Part shown: in pieces, positions 40,200 to 53,555 of the stretch
Layout of the letters: every line of letters begins with the position of its first letter
How positions within the stretch are numbered: the first letter of the stretch is position 1
Assembly (NCBI GenBank): GCA_028534125.1
Contig: CM052816.1
Span: forward strand, 33,420,001-33,484,000
DNA: 64,000 nucleotides
Direction: 5' to 3'
Source: Lama glama
Taxonomy: Eukaryota
Notes under the pieces: model-generated
What the model was told of the DNA's origin: nothing
The model's input: the letters and a program-made list of their open reading frames with translations, nothing else
Database searches by the model: none
Translations under genes and position numbers: made by a program

Positions 40200-41025
40200 T
40201 CTTAAATACGCTCCAGGCCCCTAGTCTCATTCCCCTTCAGGCCTCCCCATAGTAAAACAACCTTTCCAGAATAGAAATCTGATCATGTGTGTCCTCTATG
40301 ATCACTATCTCCAGGACAGTGAGAAGGATCCACTCTCCTTAGCATGTCATGTGAGATCACCTACCTAATCTTGCCTTTCTTTTTTCTGGTAGCACCTTCT
40401 CTTGCCCTCTCTCTTGTTTCTAGCAATACCAAATTCACTGAGTCTTTGAGTATGCTGTCTTTTTTGTTTGAATCACTTCCTCTGATTTTTCTGGTTAATC
40501 AGATTTTAGTCATTCTTCAATTCAGCACAATCACAACTTCTTATGGGATACCTTCCTTTGCACACATACCACATCCTTTCATTCCATTCTGGAGTCATTT
40601 GAAGCTAGCTAAGTCCACTTCTGCACCTACTATTTGCCTTGTGATTTATTCAATGCATGCAAACAGATATTTTTGCATCAAAGCCTGCAAACAGATCTCA
40701 AAAGTTTATTCCACCCTTCACAGATATATTTTAACTACAAAATGTTTATAGACAACATTGTAATTAGATATCTACATTAAAAATAGGGACATCTCACATT
40801 TTAAGAAAATTAAGCCTAGAATCATGGAACTAACATTCCTAGATACGTCTTTTCACTGGTGTAAAATACAGCTCTGGCCTCTGTAAGCATTAGAGTTTGG
40901 AACTTTGGGTATGAACTGTGAACTCCTTGAATTAAGGGAGTATCTTATTGACCTATGTTTCCTGGTGCCTAGCACAGAGCCCAGCATATATAGTTGGAAT
41001 ACAAGAACTATTTTATATATTGAAC
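40200..41025 (+). mobile_element. L2 3' region fragments
   Basis: aaatctgatcatgt and ctccttagcatg motifs, with tail gtgcctagcacagagcccagcatata. Confidence 0.6.
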
Positions 41026-41039
41026 TGAGTAATCCAATG

Positions 41040-41190
41040 TGATAAGCACAACAAGACAAGGTAGGTATTACTGTTCACAGTCGATAAACTACAGTTTGAG
41101 AAATAGACATCTTTTCCCAAAAAGCATAGTTCATAAGAGGCAGAGCTGAGACTGAACCCAAATCTCTACTCCATGTCTCAGAATTTCTCA
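41040..41190 (-). mobile_element. MIR fragment
   Basis: aggtaggtattact...gaggcagagctgagactgaaccca. Confidence 0.5.
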
Positions 41191-42627
41191 CAAAGACACA
41201 TAATCTCATGTGACTTTCCATCTGGAGAGATAATGAAACCTCAGTATTTCTCAACTGATAAATTAACCCCCATGTCCTCCACATCCCCACCATTACAGAA
41301 TTTATCACATATTGCTTTGTATGATACTTCATTGTGTCCATATGTCTCCCTAATGTGACTTGAGTATGAAAGCCTGTGACCAGCCAGTGCCTTTTATATA
41401 GCAGACCTGAAATAGCAGCTTGGAGAATTTAAAGGCAATGAATGAGTAAGCCTCTATTCTCTATGATTTCTATCATAGCAATGCCTTAAATTCTATATGA
41501 AAGGAGGGAAGGAAAGGAAGAAGGGAGATGGGAGGAAGACAAAAGGGAAGATTATTATTATAAAAGAAGAAAAATAAAAATGCAGACAGGAGCCCACTCA
41601 TTCTTAGTTACTCTTTCCCATCTTTATCAATAGTATTTGTCATGAGGAAACTGATAAATTCATATTGTTTCTAATTTATTTAGGATTTAAAAGTGTTACT
41701 TACATCACTGTCATATTTACTCTTTCAGATACTTATATGTGTTTCCACAAAGTCACAGCCACCTCTCTGTTAATATACCATGTGTTTCTTTCATTAATGG
41801 CAGATGATTTGTTCCATTAGTGACATTTCATGATAATTTAAAAGTCAATCTTGCAATTATAAGTGATAGTGCTCTTCTGGACAATGTTGTCTGAATTTTA
41901 TTGACTCTGACATAGCAGAGTTTTGTATTTCTAGTTTGTTGGGGTCCCCCCACCAAAAAACACAAAATGCGTTCTTCCCTCTTCCCTTTAGGTGATAAAG
42001 TTCATACGGGAGAAAAATACATGTGACAGTTATGTTAAGTCAATCAACCCTAAAAGATTCTCATGTTCTGTAAATAGTATTCAATGAGCCTCACTTACTC
42101 TTTCCAGAAAATAAGAACAATATTTAAGGTTTCACTATCTGATAACTTCTGGGCTTGGCACAGGGATACTGCCCAGTTATGTGGATCATAGGAATAGTGA
42201 ATTTAGCTAGCCATATACTTTGCCAACGTTAAATCTAAATACGGAAAGCTTGATCATTTTTCTTACGGCTATTACTTAGTAAGCCATTTAGCATCGTAGA
42301 TAAATATTGTACTTCATCCTAATGCATTTATTAAATTAAGTAATATATTTACATAAACCAACCATTACTATTTACAATTATCTTCAAGCCATAAATGGAA
42401 AGCTAGGGTTTGAAAGGATTAAGTAATTTGTATAAACTGAATCAAGCACTTCAGTTCTCTCTGCCTGTGGTACAAATCTGCCCTTTTTTCTTAGCAACTT
42501 ATCTTCATATACTCTACTAAAAAATATTCTTTCAATATTTTTTATGCTTTTTCACATATTCTTCCACTGGTTTTAGAATTCTGGATTACGGGTTTATTTA
42601 AAAGGAAAAAGAAATTTTGCATTCAGA

Positions 42628-42696
42628 CAATACAGGGCACCTTGTTAAAAGATTAAGAATTTCAAAATGGTGGCAGCAAAGCATATGCTAAGTGCA
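42628..42696 (-). mobile_element. MER45A-like hAT-Tip100 element, left half
   Basis: cagggcaccttgtt...ttaagaatttcaaaatggtggcagcaaagcat...ctaagtgc matches the reversed MER45A interior as recalled. Confidence 0.7.
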
Positions 42697-43750
42697 AAGA
42701 TCTGAACAGCCAAAACAATCTTAAGAAAGAACAAAGCTGGAAGTATCACACTCCCTGATTTCAAACTGTACTACAAAGCTATACTAATCAAAGCAAAGAT
42801 GGTAACGGCATGAAAATAGACACCTAGATCAATGGAACAGAATGAGGGCCCAGAAATAAACCCATGCATTTATAGTCAATCTCTGACAAAGGAGGCAAGA
42901 ATATACAATGGAAAAAGACAGTCTCATAAAAATTGGGCTGGGAAAACTGGACAGACAGATGTAAAAGAACAAAACTGGACCACTATCTTACATCATACAC
43001 AAAAATAAATTCAAAATGGATTAAAGATTTAAATGTAAGACATGAAACCATAAAAATTTTAGACTCTCTTTGACATTGGTCTCAGCAGTATCTTTTTGGA
43101 TCTATCTCCTCAGGCAAGGGCAAAAAAAAAAAAAAAAAAGCAAAAACAAACAAGTGGGACTACATCAAACCAAAAAGCTTTTGTCCAGAGAAGGAAGTCA
43201 TCCACAAATCAAAAAGGCAACCTACTGAATGGGAGAAAATATTTACAAATCATATATCTGACAAGGGGATTAATATCCATAATCTATACAGAATAGATAT
43301 AACTTAATGTAAAAAAAAAACAACCTGATTGAAAATTGGCAGAGGAGCTGAATAGACATTTTTCCTAAGAAGGTATATAGATGGCTAACAGGCACACGTA
43401 AAGATGATCAACATCACTGTCAGCGAAATGCAAATCAAAATCACATGTGAAATTACCTCACATCTGTCAGAATGGGTATTATCAAAAACACAATGAATCA
43501 CAAAGGTTAGTGAGGATGTGGAGAAAAGGGAACCCATTACATTGTTGGTAGGAATATAAATTTGTAGAGCTACTATGGAAAACAGTATGGAAATTCTTAA
43601 CAAAGCTGAAAACAGAACTACTATATGATCCAGCAACTCCACTTCTAGGCATTTATCCAAAAAAAAAAATACAAGAATAACTTGAAAAGATACATGCACC
43701 CCAATGCTCACGGTAGCATTACTTATAATAGCCAAGGTATGCAAGCAACC
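42695..43750 (+). mobile_element. LINE-1 ORF2 3' fragment lacking 3'UTR and poly(A)
   Basis: Colinear with ~16000-17064 of the large L1. It stops at ...gccaaggtatgcaagcaacc. Confidence 0.9.
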
Positions 43751-43794
43751 ACCTGTGTGACTGTACAGCTCACATACCCATGAAGCTGGCCCTG
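43749..43794 (-). mobile_element. MER45A-like element, right half with terminus
   Basis: cctgtgtgactgtacagctcacatacccatgaagctggccctg is the reverse of the CAGGGCCGGCTTCATGGG terminus. Confidence 0.72.
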
Positions 43795-45999
43795 ACCAAA
43801 TGCAAATCATTTTGCCTCCGTGACCCTGAAATTGCTTATCTGCAAATGTGGCCTAATCACACCTGCCTTGTCCCTCTCATGGACATTGTAAAGGATCACA
43901 TGAGGTAAGTTCAAATACTTTGTAGACCCCCAAACAATTTAAAATATATGTTTGTTTTACAAAGCTATTGGTTGATGCACATGATTTTTTTCCCATTTAT
44001 TTAATGGATGTTACAAAACACTTCCTACAGGCCCAAGTTTGAAACAAATGAGCATTGCTTATTTCTCTCTGAAAACCCAAATTCTTTCTTAAAACAACAG
44101 TCTTTACCAAGATTTTATATCAACTGTATACTTTGGGAAGTGAACAACAATATATCCCTTGAAACAAGAAGTCTACTGAATAGATCTACCTAACCACAAA
44201 TGGATTCCTTGAAACAAACATTAACTGTTTCAAATCCCTATGAAATGTAACACTGAAATTTTTCATTCATTTTCTGACACATCTACTCCCTGCATCAACC
44301 AGCCCTCAGTTTTTACATCATCTCCGACTCAACCTAGTTTCTGAGTAGAAATTCTCCTAGCATGTTATCTTATCAAATGCATTAAAAGAGGCTCTATTTA
44401 TTCTTTCTTACTGAAATAAGGATTTATGAAGAGCAAAGCCTGAGGTCTTTTCAGTTCTGAGTTCCTGTGTCCTTCTGCCAGGATTTCCTATCCTGTGGGA
44501 GGAGACTTTTTTTTTTTAATGTCTTCTTGAGTAATTATCCTGCATTTTGCTTTTGGATCAAAAGTAAAGGAGATAAACTTAAGCCAGCTAGAAATTTCAA
44601 ACGGAATTCCTATATGTTCTTGATCCTCAAAACACAGAACACACCAGGATTCAATTACAAAATTGACTCAGTTCTTAGTGTGGAGGTAAAACGTCTTCAC
44701 TTTTTGTTCTGGTCTTTGTTCTCACTCAGCCTTCCAGGGAACATTTAAATAGCTATGAAACAGATTAGAATATTGCTATTCCTATCCCTGAAAATGTAAT
44801 ATTAATTGAAATTATAGATTCCTTGTTCCCAGTGATTTATCAATGCCACTAAAGCACTGAGACACTACAGGCTCTGAACCCTTTTCTCTTGTAATAATAC
44901 AACTATAATGGAACCTAAGAAAACTATTTTTTAAAACAAGTAATTTAACAAATGGGAGTTCTCCAGCTGAACACAGCTCTATCCATGACTATAGAAAAGC
45001 CTTCTCTGTGCATCTTTATGAGATTACCTCAGCATCCATTTAAAGCTAAGGGTCTAGCCCACAGGGCTGGAAGAAGCTCAAACACTCAACTTCTAATGGA
45101 GGCTCAGAGTTAACAGAAAAGTCACCTCAGTGTCCTAATCTTCAAAGAAAAAGTGAAGGAAAGGAGGTTACAACTCAAAGTCTGTTTCCAAATGTCAGAC
45201 TGGGCCTCTTGGACAACCTGCGGGATGGGACTAAATGGTTGAGAACAGCTACAAGGACAGTGGTGATCATAAAATACTCTGAACTGAAACCACAAAGGTG
45301 GGCCACAGAAATGGCTGAGCAGATCCTTTATCTTCCCTAGAGGACTGATGACATCTCCTGCCCCGTTCTGTGGAGTGGGAGTGGCCAAGAGAGGTTGGGA
45401 AAAAGGGACTGGAGTATTAGGCCACATGCCAAGGCATTGATGCAATTAGAAATGATTGGAAATCCCTTTGGAGAATGTCAATTTCCTCTTTATTATTGGT
45501 AATGTTTGCTTAGGGTCATGAAATCATTTGAGTTGGCTTAAAATACAATCTTTAATGGCTAAAATGTGGTAGTCTATTCTGCTTCCTGCATTAATTAGAA
45601 ATGGCATCTAATTATTGCCTAATGAGCCAAACAAAATGGTAAGCTCTTTTGCGCTCTCCTTAGTTTTAATCCTAGACCGCTGAGCTGCTTCCTGAAGAAA
45701 GCAAGAAAGCATGAATAACTTATACAGACAAAAAAGAGTCTGTCTATGGCATTGTAGCTCCTTGCAATCATTCAGGTGGAGATCAAAATTACCTAGCAGA
45801 AGAGGCTGCAACTGGCTACAGATGGAAAAACAGAGAATAGCCTTTTCAACAAAACATAGTTGAATCTATCTAACCATCACCAGAGTATCATTGATTTTTC
45901 CAAGTACACTTTTATTTAGCTCCTCTTATATATACCTTGGGGGAAAAAGATTAGGGAGTCCAAGAATTAGAGGAAAAGAGATAAGAATGAGGTAAGTAT

Positions 46000-46135
46000 G
46001 AGTTTCCTTATATTTAAAAAATGGAGTTCATAATCCTCAACAACTAAGGTTGTCTTGAGGATTAAACTAGATATTTTATATGAAAGGCCCTAACACAGTG
46101 TCAGGCACATAAATGGAGCTAAATGAATTTTAATT
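46000..46135 (+). mobile_element. MIR 3' half
   Basis: agtttcctta...aaaatggag..ataat...ggttgtcttgaggattaaa...aacacagtgtcaggcacata. Confidence 0.7.
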
Positions 46136-47979
46136 TCCTTCTTTTTCCTTTAATGTATCTGAATTCAGAATCGCAACTGAAGACTAACCTAGTCAGATAG
46201 ACACAGACTCATTAATAAATGACATTCCTTATTCTGTTCTCCATCTACAATGTTAATATATTAAATTTATCTAAACAAATCAATACTTATTAAATTGCAC
46301 AAGGGGAATAGTATTTAAAATTAAAGTAGTTCACTATTTCTATCCCTAATCAACTGACAAGCTAATGCTAGCAAAAGTTTCTAATTTTCTGGGCAAATAG
46401 TGACCCTTCCCTTTGACTACTAACTTTGAGGAAGAAATACAATCTCTCAACTAACAGTTTTCTTTAAAAAACTGGCTAAATGGTCACCCAAATGCACATT
46501 CATTTCAAATAAAGTGCGGACGAATTTCACAGTTGATCCAGCAATAAACAAGATAAAACATTTATCAGGAAACAAAGTGTCTTAAACAAAAATAGCTGTG
46601 TGGAGTCATATATGTTATTGCATTCTCTTATCTTTGATAAGATACTTTTTGATATCAATCCATCTATTTCAAAAATGACATTTCATCATCTAAATTGATA
46701 TTATCACTTCATCAAATGTCAAGATTGAAAAAGCTCTCTCAGGCATTTGTAGTTGTTTCTGGTTTATATTAAACACACAAAAAATCTCCTATATTGGTAA
46801 ATATCAACTTTCCTCATTTGTACATTGTTCATTATGAAGATGGAAATAGTAATTTCCACATATTAACAAGATACTTATTTGAAGATTTTAATGGTTTTTG
46901 AATCATATTCAAGAACAGAAATGAAACACAAAATCATGCTGGGATGTATCATTATATTTATAAGAATTGATCAATTAATTCATTAGCTTCTGTAGATTTT
47001 TAACTACCAGCTTTTTAAAGTTCTCAAATATGAAAATAAGATGATAGAACATGTTTGTTTCTTTTTAAAATTAAAGGCACTATTAAGTTTATTGGTCAGT
47101 TATAAAGCAAATTTTTAAAATGCAAACTGTGTATTTTGGGGCAAACAGGCAGTACTTTATATTCACCAGAAGCATACAAAGAAATTTACATTCTTTTAGT
47201 TACATTCTTATAAAACCAATAAAGAATAACAATATTTAATATTCACTAATAGGCTTCACTGTTAGAAAACTGCATTATGAGAAACTATTTACTAATAAAT
47301 GGATGTGCAGATTCATAATTGCAAAATGGTAGAATAATACTAAAGTATGACTTCTCATTATATGGATTTTGATGTGCTATTAGCCAAATTTTATCTGGAT
47401 TTGGACAAAGACAGTGAAGGGGAGACTTCACAAGTAGTTTTAAGAGCACCAAAAAGTGTCACTAACTTTCCTTCATGATTACACAGCCTATAACTAACCA
47501 AATCTTACTTTAAAAGAAATTCCACTCTAAGTACTAATTATATTTTATATATTAAATAGATGCATTCCCCAAAATACCATAATAAATATTGGATTACTTT
47601 TTATATTCATTTGTATTACACTTTAGAGGAGGGGCTTCTATAGGAAAAAAAGTTGTCCTAATGAGGAAAAAAGACACACATTTAAGAATTCTGATACTCA
47701 CTACAAGGAAGGTTCTAGTCCTATCACTTTATATGCCCAGACAATAGCAAATTACTTTAAAGGACAATCAATTTACATCACCTTACACATTATTTCAAAG
47801 AGCATACATTAAAGTTAGGTCTCATTTCATTGGGCTCCCCACCAACTCCACAACGGTAAAAAATCCTGTAGCACATGGCAGCGTCTGTATTCTGGGTATT
47901 TTGCAGAAATTCTTACAGAAGGAATTCACTTTAAAGAAGGTGTTTTGGATAGTTTCAGTGGTAAAGTACAAAGGGCCAA

Positions 47980-48150
47980 CATGTATTGAGCTCTACATTC
48001 CAGGTGCTGTAGAGATCCTTTTGCACACATGGTTTCATAACAGTAACCTATTTGAGGAGATAAGACAACTGAAGTTCAGAGAAGAAAGGTAACATGATGA
48101 CCAAGGTCACAAAGTTAACATGTTTTGGGGAGGGAGGATTTGATGACTTG
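47980..48150 (-). mobile_element. MIR
   Basis: tattgagctctacattccagg...aactgaagttcagag...ccaaggtcaca. Confidence 0.6.
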
Positions 48151-48304
48151 CATTAGTGATATTTTTAAGAAAAGTTGTCTGGCTCTTCATATTACTTAAG
48201 TAAAATGGCAGATTAGTTGAGAACAAAGAGCTTCTAATATATATTTCCGTAGAAGGCAAAAACATTTCAATTTTTAATTCTGTTAATGAAGAGATCCTAT
48301 CTCT

Positions 48305-49230
48305 GTTCATTCACTTACTTACTCAAAAAATCCTTCTTCAATCTCTAATTATGCATGCTGCTAGAAGACCAAGTGATACAAGGAAGAAGCTCAGATAAAT
48401 TGCAATGGTAGCTTAAAGAAGATAGAATCGGGGAAAGCCTCATAAATGAAGTATCATTTGACTCTCCTTCAAGGATAAGAAGAATTTAGCAAGAAGAGAT
48501 GGCAGCCATAGCCATTCCATGAAAAGAAAGTGAGCAACGACTTAGAAGCTGGGATTCAAAATTTATGCACAAAGAACAGTGAGAACTCTTAGGATGTTCT
48601 GTGGGATGGATGAGGGGGTAATCCAATGTGAAATAAGATGAGGCCTGAATATGGACAGTTTTACATGCAAGATTGGGAATCTTGCAATCTATCAACTCTG
48701 TAGGCAGAGGAAAGTTACTGAGGTTTCTGATCATGAGAATAATATGATCAGGGCTTTAAGAGGATAAGGAATGGGGGATATATTGGAGGGAGAGGGACCA
48801 AAACCCAGGAGACTGCTGGAGAAGCCATTACAGAATTAGAGGCATGGAGGAGCGCACTGGTGGTGGGAAAGGAGAAAAGGGAAACTTGTAGAAGAGATTT
48901 CAAAAGTCGTCTTGGTGAATGATAGAGGTGGAATGGAGACAAAGACAGATGGACAGAGAAGTCACAGATGATTCAATCTGAGCCTGATTTATTAGAATAA
49001 TGGTGAATAGAGGAGAAAGAATTTAAAGAGAGGGAGGTTTTGAATAGGATTTTGATACATGGAGTTTAAAACTAAAAAATCCAGTCAAGAAATTCAGACA
49101 GGAAAGATTTCAACATCATGACTAGAGATGACGGCTAATACCACAGAATAGGTTAAATATAAAGAGAAGAACCTTAATGAATGCCTCCAAACAGAGGACA
49201 GAGGGATCAAGGGGAGAAAGCAAATTTTCT
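48305..49230 (-). mobile_element. L2 3' region
   Basis: Starts ttcattcacttactt. Purine-rich body with gaaagttactgaggtttct, atatgatcag and caggagactgctggagaagccattaca. Confidence 0.65.
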
Positions 49231-49303
49231 CAAAGCAGCACTGATAAAGTTGCATAATTAGATCTGTATTAAAATGATCTATGCTAAATAGCTGTATTTA
49301 AGG

Positions 49304-49553
49304 CAGTGGCTCTCAACTGGAGGTGATTTTGCCCCCCTTTTTAGGTGGTATTTAGAAATCTCTACAGACTTTTTTTGGTCATAACTGAGTGAAGTGGGGT
49401 TTGCTATTGGCATTTAGTAAGTGGAGCACAGGGATGTAGGATGTTACTAAACATCCTACAATGCAGAAGATGACATGACTCAAAAAAAAAAAAAAAAAAG
49501 ATCAAAGAACTATTAGCCTGAAGTGTCAGTAGTGCTGAGGTTGAGAAACCCTG
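49304..49553 (+). mobile_element. MER20 (hAT-Charlie) with an internal A-run
   Basis: TIRs cagtggctctcaac / gttgagaaaccctg, internal ggtgattttgcccccc and ctaaacatcctacaatgca. Degenerate 8-bp TSD atttaagg / gcttaaga. Confidence 0.9.
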
Positions 49554-50139
49554 GCTTAAGATGACACTTACCCAACTTAAAGTTGCAAACTGTTAAGTAA
49601 GACAGGATACCCAGAATAGAAGGAACATCCATCTGGTGTACTAAATGTTCTCAAATCCTTCATAAGTAGCTTAAGTTACAGTTAAGTGTTGCATTTGAAA
49701 AGAAGTTAGTTTTAATCATATTTGCCCCAATATGGAAAAAAATGGTCCCATTACAAACTGAAGTCTCAAAAGAATACACTGTAGCCAATATTCCAAAGAT
49801 TGCTCCATTGAAGGTACCAATCTGAGTTGCAGGGGCCCTTCATAAACAAGTCACATGAACCAATGGGCTGTTAGCCTTCAGCTCATTCCTACACGGTGTT
49901 TTAAACTCAAAGACATCGCTGAGAGTACAACAGACTGTTCTAGAATATTTAAAAGGCACAGCATGAAGAATTCTATTTAACCTGCACTTGAGTAATATCC
50001 ATTTGCGTCCTGAAATTTCTGACTACCACTAGAGACTCCAGAATACCTCACAAGGAGAACTCAAGGAAAGCTCTGGTTATTCTTACTGAGCCTGATGGGA
50101 TCATGAAAAATATGAACAAGTCCAGGTATCTCAGCAACA

Positions 50140-50370
50140 ATAATAATTAACAATCAATAAGCAGTTACTGTAGGTCAGGTGTGCTATCTATATTCTTTAT
50201 ATGCATCATCTTATGTAAATCTCAGTATATATGGGCAAAATTCTTTTTTTGTCCATTTCACAGATGAAAATATTAATACCTAGACAGGTTACTTACTTGC
50301 TCAAGGTCGTATAGTTAGCAAGAGGTGGGTCCCAGTTCTCTCTAGCATTAGATAACCATCATGCCATCTG
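50140..50370 (-). mobile_element. MIR
   Basis: ccatttcacagatgaaaa...aggttacttacttgctcaaggtc. Confidence 0.7.
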
Positions 50371-51979
50371 GCTTATATGGCAATCCCTCAAATCCACATC
50401 CTCTGGGTGTCTATGAGGAGTCCTCCACTTTGGCCTTAAGCTCCTGGCACCCAGCTTCAGGAGAAACATCTTTACCATGTTGCAGGGTGCATCAGCTTGC
50501 AATGAAATGAAAGTGTTTTATGGAATGAAGAAATTCTTTGTACCAAAACTCATAATTAGAAAACCGAGGAATTTGCTTTGCTTTAAAAAGGAAAGGAGTA
50601 ACATTTCCAGAACAGAAACCCACTGCATATTTTCAGTTCTTTGGATTTTCTAAAGAATGGTATAACTTCTAATCTGGCTTTCTAAGTATACTAAGAGAAT
50701 TCGCAGTGAAAAAATAACAAAGAAACAAACAACCCCCCCCAAACAAAACAGCAACAACATAAACCCACTTCACTGCTACTCAAGATTGAGAAGACTGACA
50801 AATCATCCACATTGATGCTATAGTGGAATGAGACCAAAGACAACAACAGCAAACAAAGAAGTTTTTATATATTTATAGTTAGCACACTTTGAGACACTTC
50901 TCTACAAAAACAGGGAATCCTTCGACTTTCTTTTGAATGACAGCTCTGCCACAAGAACAGAGGGTGTGATGCTGGCTCTACAAAACACGAATATCCCCCT
51001 ACATGCTCCGTGGGAGTCACAGACTGTCCAGTTGGCCTCTGATCCATTATGTAGCCTTTCTTTCGTTTCCTGCACCGTTTTTTCTTCCAAAGAGAAAACA
51101 GGTGAACATATTACCTGTTTAGATTGTTTCCACACAAAGCTCAATTAATCTTCAAATGGAAATCACACAGATATGAGGCAAGCTATATAGTATGCTAATA
51201 CCAGCAGTCTCTCTCAGGAAGTCTTCTCCAAAGCCAGCAACTGTGCAGGTGGTGGCTGCCACATGGCAGCAGGCAGCCCCTTCCATCAGCCAATTTTAGA
51301 AAATATGAGGAATAGGAACTAGAATAATTTTTTTTTCTTTTTGCCTCGGACCTCATTGTAACCTTATGCCAGCTAAACTGATGCCATATCTCCTCAAAAT
51401 AGCACAGGGGATCAGGGGAAGAAGAAGAAGGAGGGATTTGGAGTTTTTCACATTTACCTAGGCAATGCTCTGATTATAGAGAGACTGATGACTGTCAGTC
51501 ATTAATTACATTATCTCTGCACATAAACTTCACTGTTTAAATTCAACTGTATTTTAATGGCATTCTGAGAGCAGGTATGTGTGAGATCTGTCATATGCCT
51601 GTGAGAATAATGTTCACCACTGCTGTCAGATGAACATAGCTAAGGGGACTCATCATACTCATCACAGCCCAGAACACTAGACAAAGCTTCCCAAATGAAC
51701 ACAGATAATTTGTTCTATGTGCTAGAAAAGAAAGTATGTTTACAATGTTTCATTATAGTTCGACTAGTACGAAAAAAAGACCACTATGCTTTTTTTTTGG
51801 TAATTCACTAGAACTTTCTTTAAGTGAATGTGTCAGAATATATTCTCAATCTTAAAGCTGTATTGTGTTCAGTAGGACAGGGATTACTGAAGCACGAAAT
51901 GTAATACTAGCTATTGTTATTGGGAGGTTCCTACATACTAAGTGCCAGACTTAGCACGTACATACACATCTTCCAAGGC

Positions 51980-52200
51980 GTCTTCCACACTGCTGTCAAA
52001 GTAACTTTAAGCCTAAAAGCCGATACTGCCATTCCCTTTTTAAAATCTTTCAATAATCCCCTATTATTGATGGATGAAATCCAAATTCCTTAGCATGATA
52101 TATAAGGCCATCTATCAGTTGGCTCCTGCTTACCTGTTCTGCTCTTAGTGCCTTCACTTCAAGCCTTATTTAACTTCTGGTAACCCCCTGGCATCTCATT
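51980..52200 (+). mobile_element. L2 fragment
   Basis: ttccacactgctgtcaaagt...aaatccaaattccttagcatgatatataaggcc. Confidence 0.6.
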
Positions 52201-53404
52201 CACTAAGAAGCACAATATCATTTACAAATATTAAAGGCATATTTATACAGAGAACACTGAATTTTATAATAATACATTCATTTCCAAAGGCATACACCAA
52301 ACATATTAGAATGGATATTTACTGGGGGTGGAAGTGAGGAGGTGGTACAGCTCCCCACCGCCAGAGGAAATAAAGAACTAAAACCAGAGAAAACTCTCAC
52401 AGCCTGGAAAATAGGATGTTATGACTGATGAGCATGGTTAATTCAACTCTGCACCAATATCAATGAGGCTGAATATGCCTTATTAGGCTAAGTAATAGGT
52501 ACATGCCAGGGAGGAATACTCAAGGAAGTGTCAGTAAACACTTGTGGAAAGCAAACAAACAAGACTGAACCCTGCCTTGTACTCACACCTTTAATCTAAG
52601 AAACTATTTGCCTGCTTATTCCCAAGTGTTTATAACATTGCACATTTATCTTCCTGCAAGTCAAGGCACCAGCCCAGTAAACATCCCTTAGTCAACCTCT
52701 GGTGTCACTTCCAAATGACACTGAGACCACTGCTGGTCCTAGGGATGCAATAAATCTCAAATCCTGAGTCCCATTCTCAGCTCTTGTTCATTTCAAACTC
52801 ACTTTTTAAAAAAGAGCAAAGTTAAATAAAACAGACATTTTAATGAGATGATGGAGGTGAAAGGGTGGTGGCTTGGGGCAATGCAGGGAGGGAAAGTTGA
52901 AGCAGATGAAACAATCTACATACTGTAAGAAGTATGGAAGCCACAGCACCCCAGGGGAAGAACTATCACCTTAAGCAGGTAGTAAAGAGTTCAGAATCAG
53001 GGGCAAAACAAAGGGACCAAATGTCAAAGCTCACATCTTGATTTGTCTTTAGCTTAAGAAGCTTCAACTTCAATGAGTTTTTGTGGCAACGGTTAAGTGC
53101 AGCAAAATATAGACACACATTCCCTACAAGAGTGGCCAGAGTCCCCAGAGAGGGAGTAGGGTGTTGACCCCAGACCCCAAAGAGTTCCACACAAATGCAT
53201 GTCTTCAGTCATGCTGCCTTCTCTGCCTTTCACTCAGGAGAACTGATAAGACCATTCAAAGGGGAAACCGATTTGGTGTGGATGCTTATTGACAATGGAA
53301 TATTCTTAAGTTGCAAAGTCCTGGAATCATTAACCTCTATACCCTCACAATGCCCTGAACCAACGTTTGTCACAGCCTTGTGACACTGCATCATTCTTCT
53401 GTGT

Positions 53405-53555
53405 GTGCTTGTTTGTTTGAACCCACAAGACCCTAAGACCCTCAAGTCTTGGAATAAAGTCTTATTCATTCATGTCTTCAGTGTGGATCATAGTCCCTGG
53501 CACCTAGTAAGTATCTAGTAGGTGTTTGTTGTACAAAGAAGTCAATCAGTCAGTG
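53405..53555 (+). mobile_element. L2 3' end
   Basis: tcttattcattcatgtcttcag...cctggcacctagtaagt...tgtttgttg. Confidence 0.55.

Noticed and set aside
40344..40751. 135-aa hydrophobic ORF
   Set aside because: It overlaps a pyrimidine-rich L2 relic, which explains the composition; no recognisable domain.
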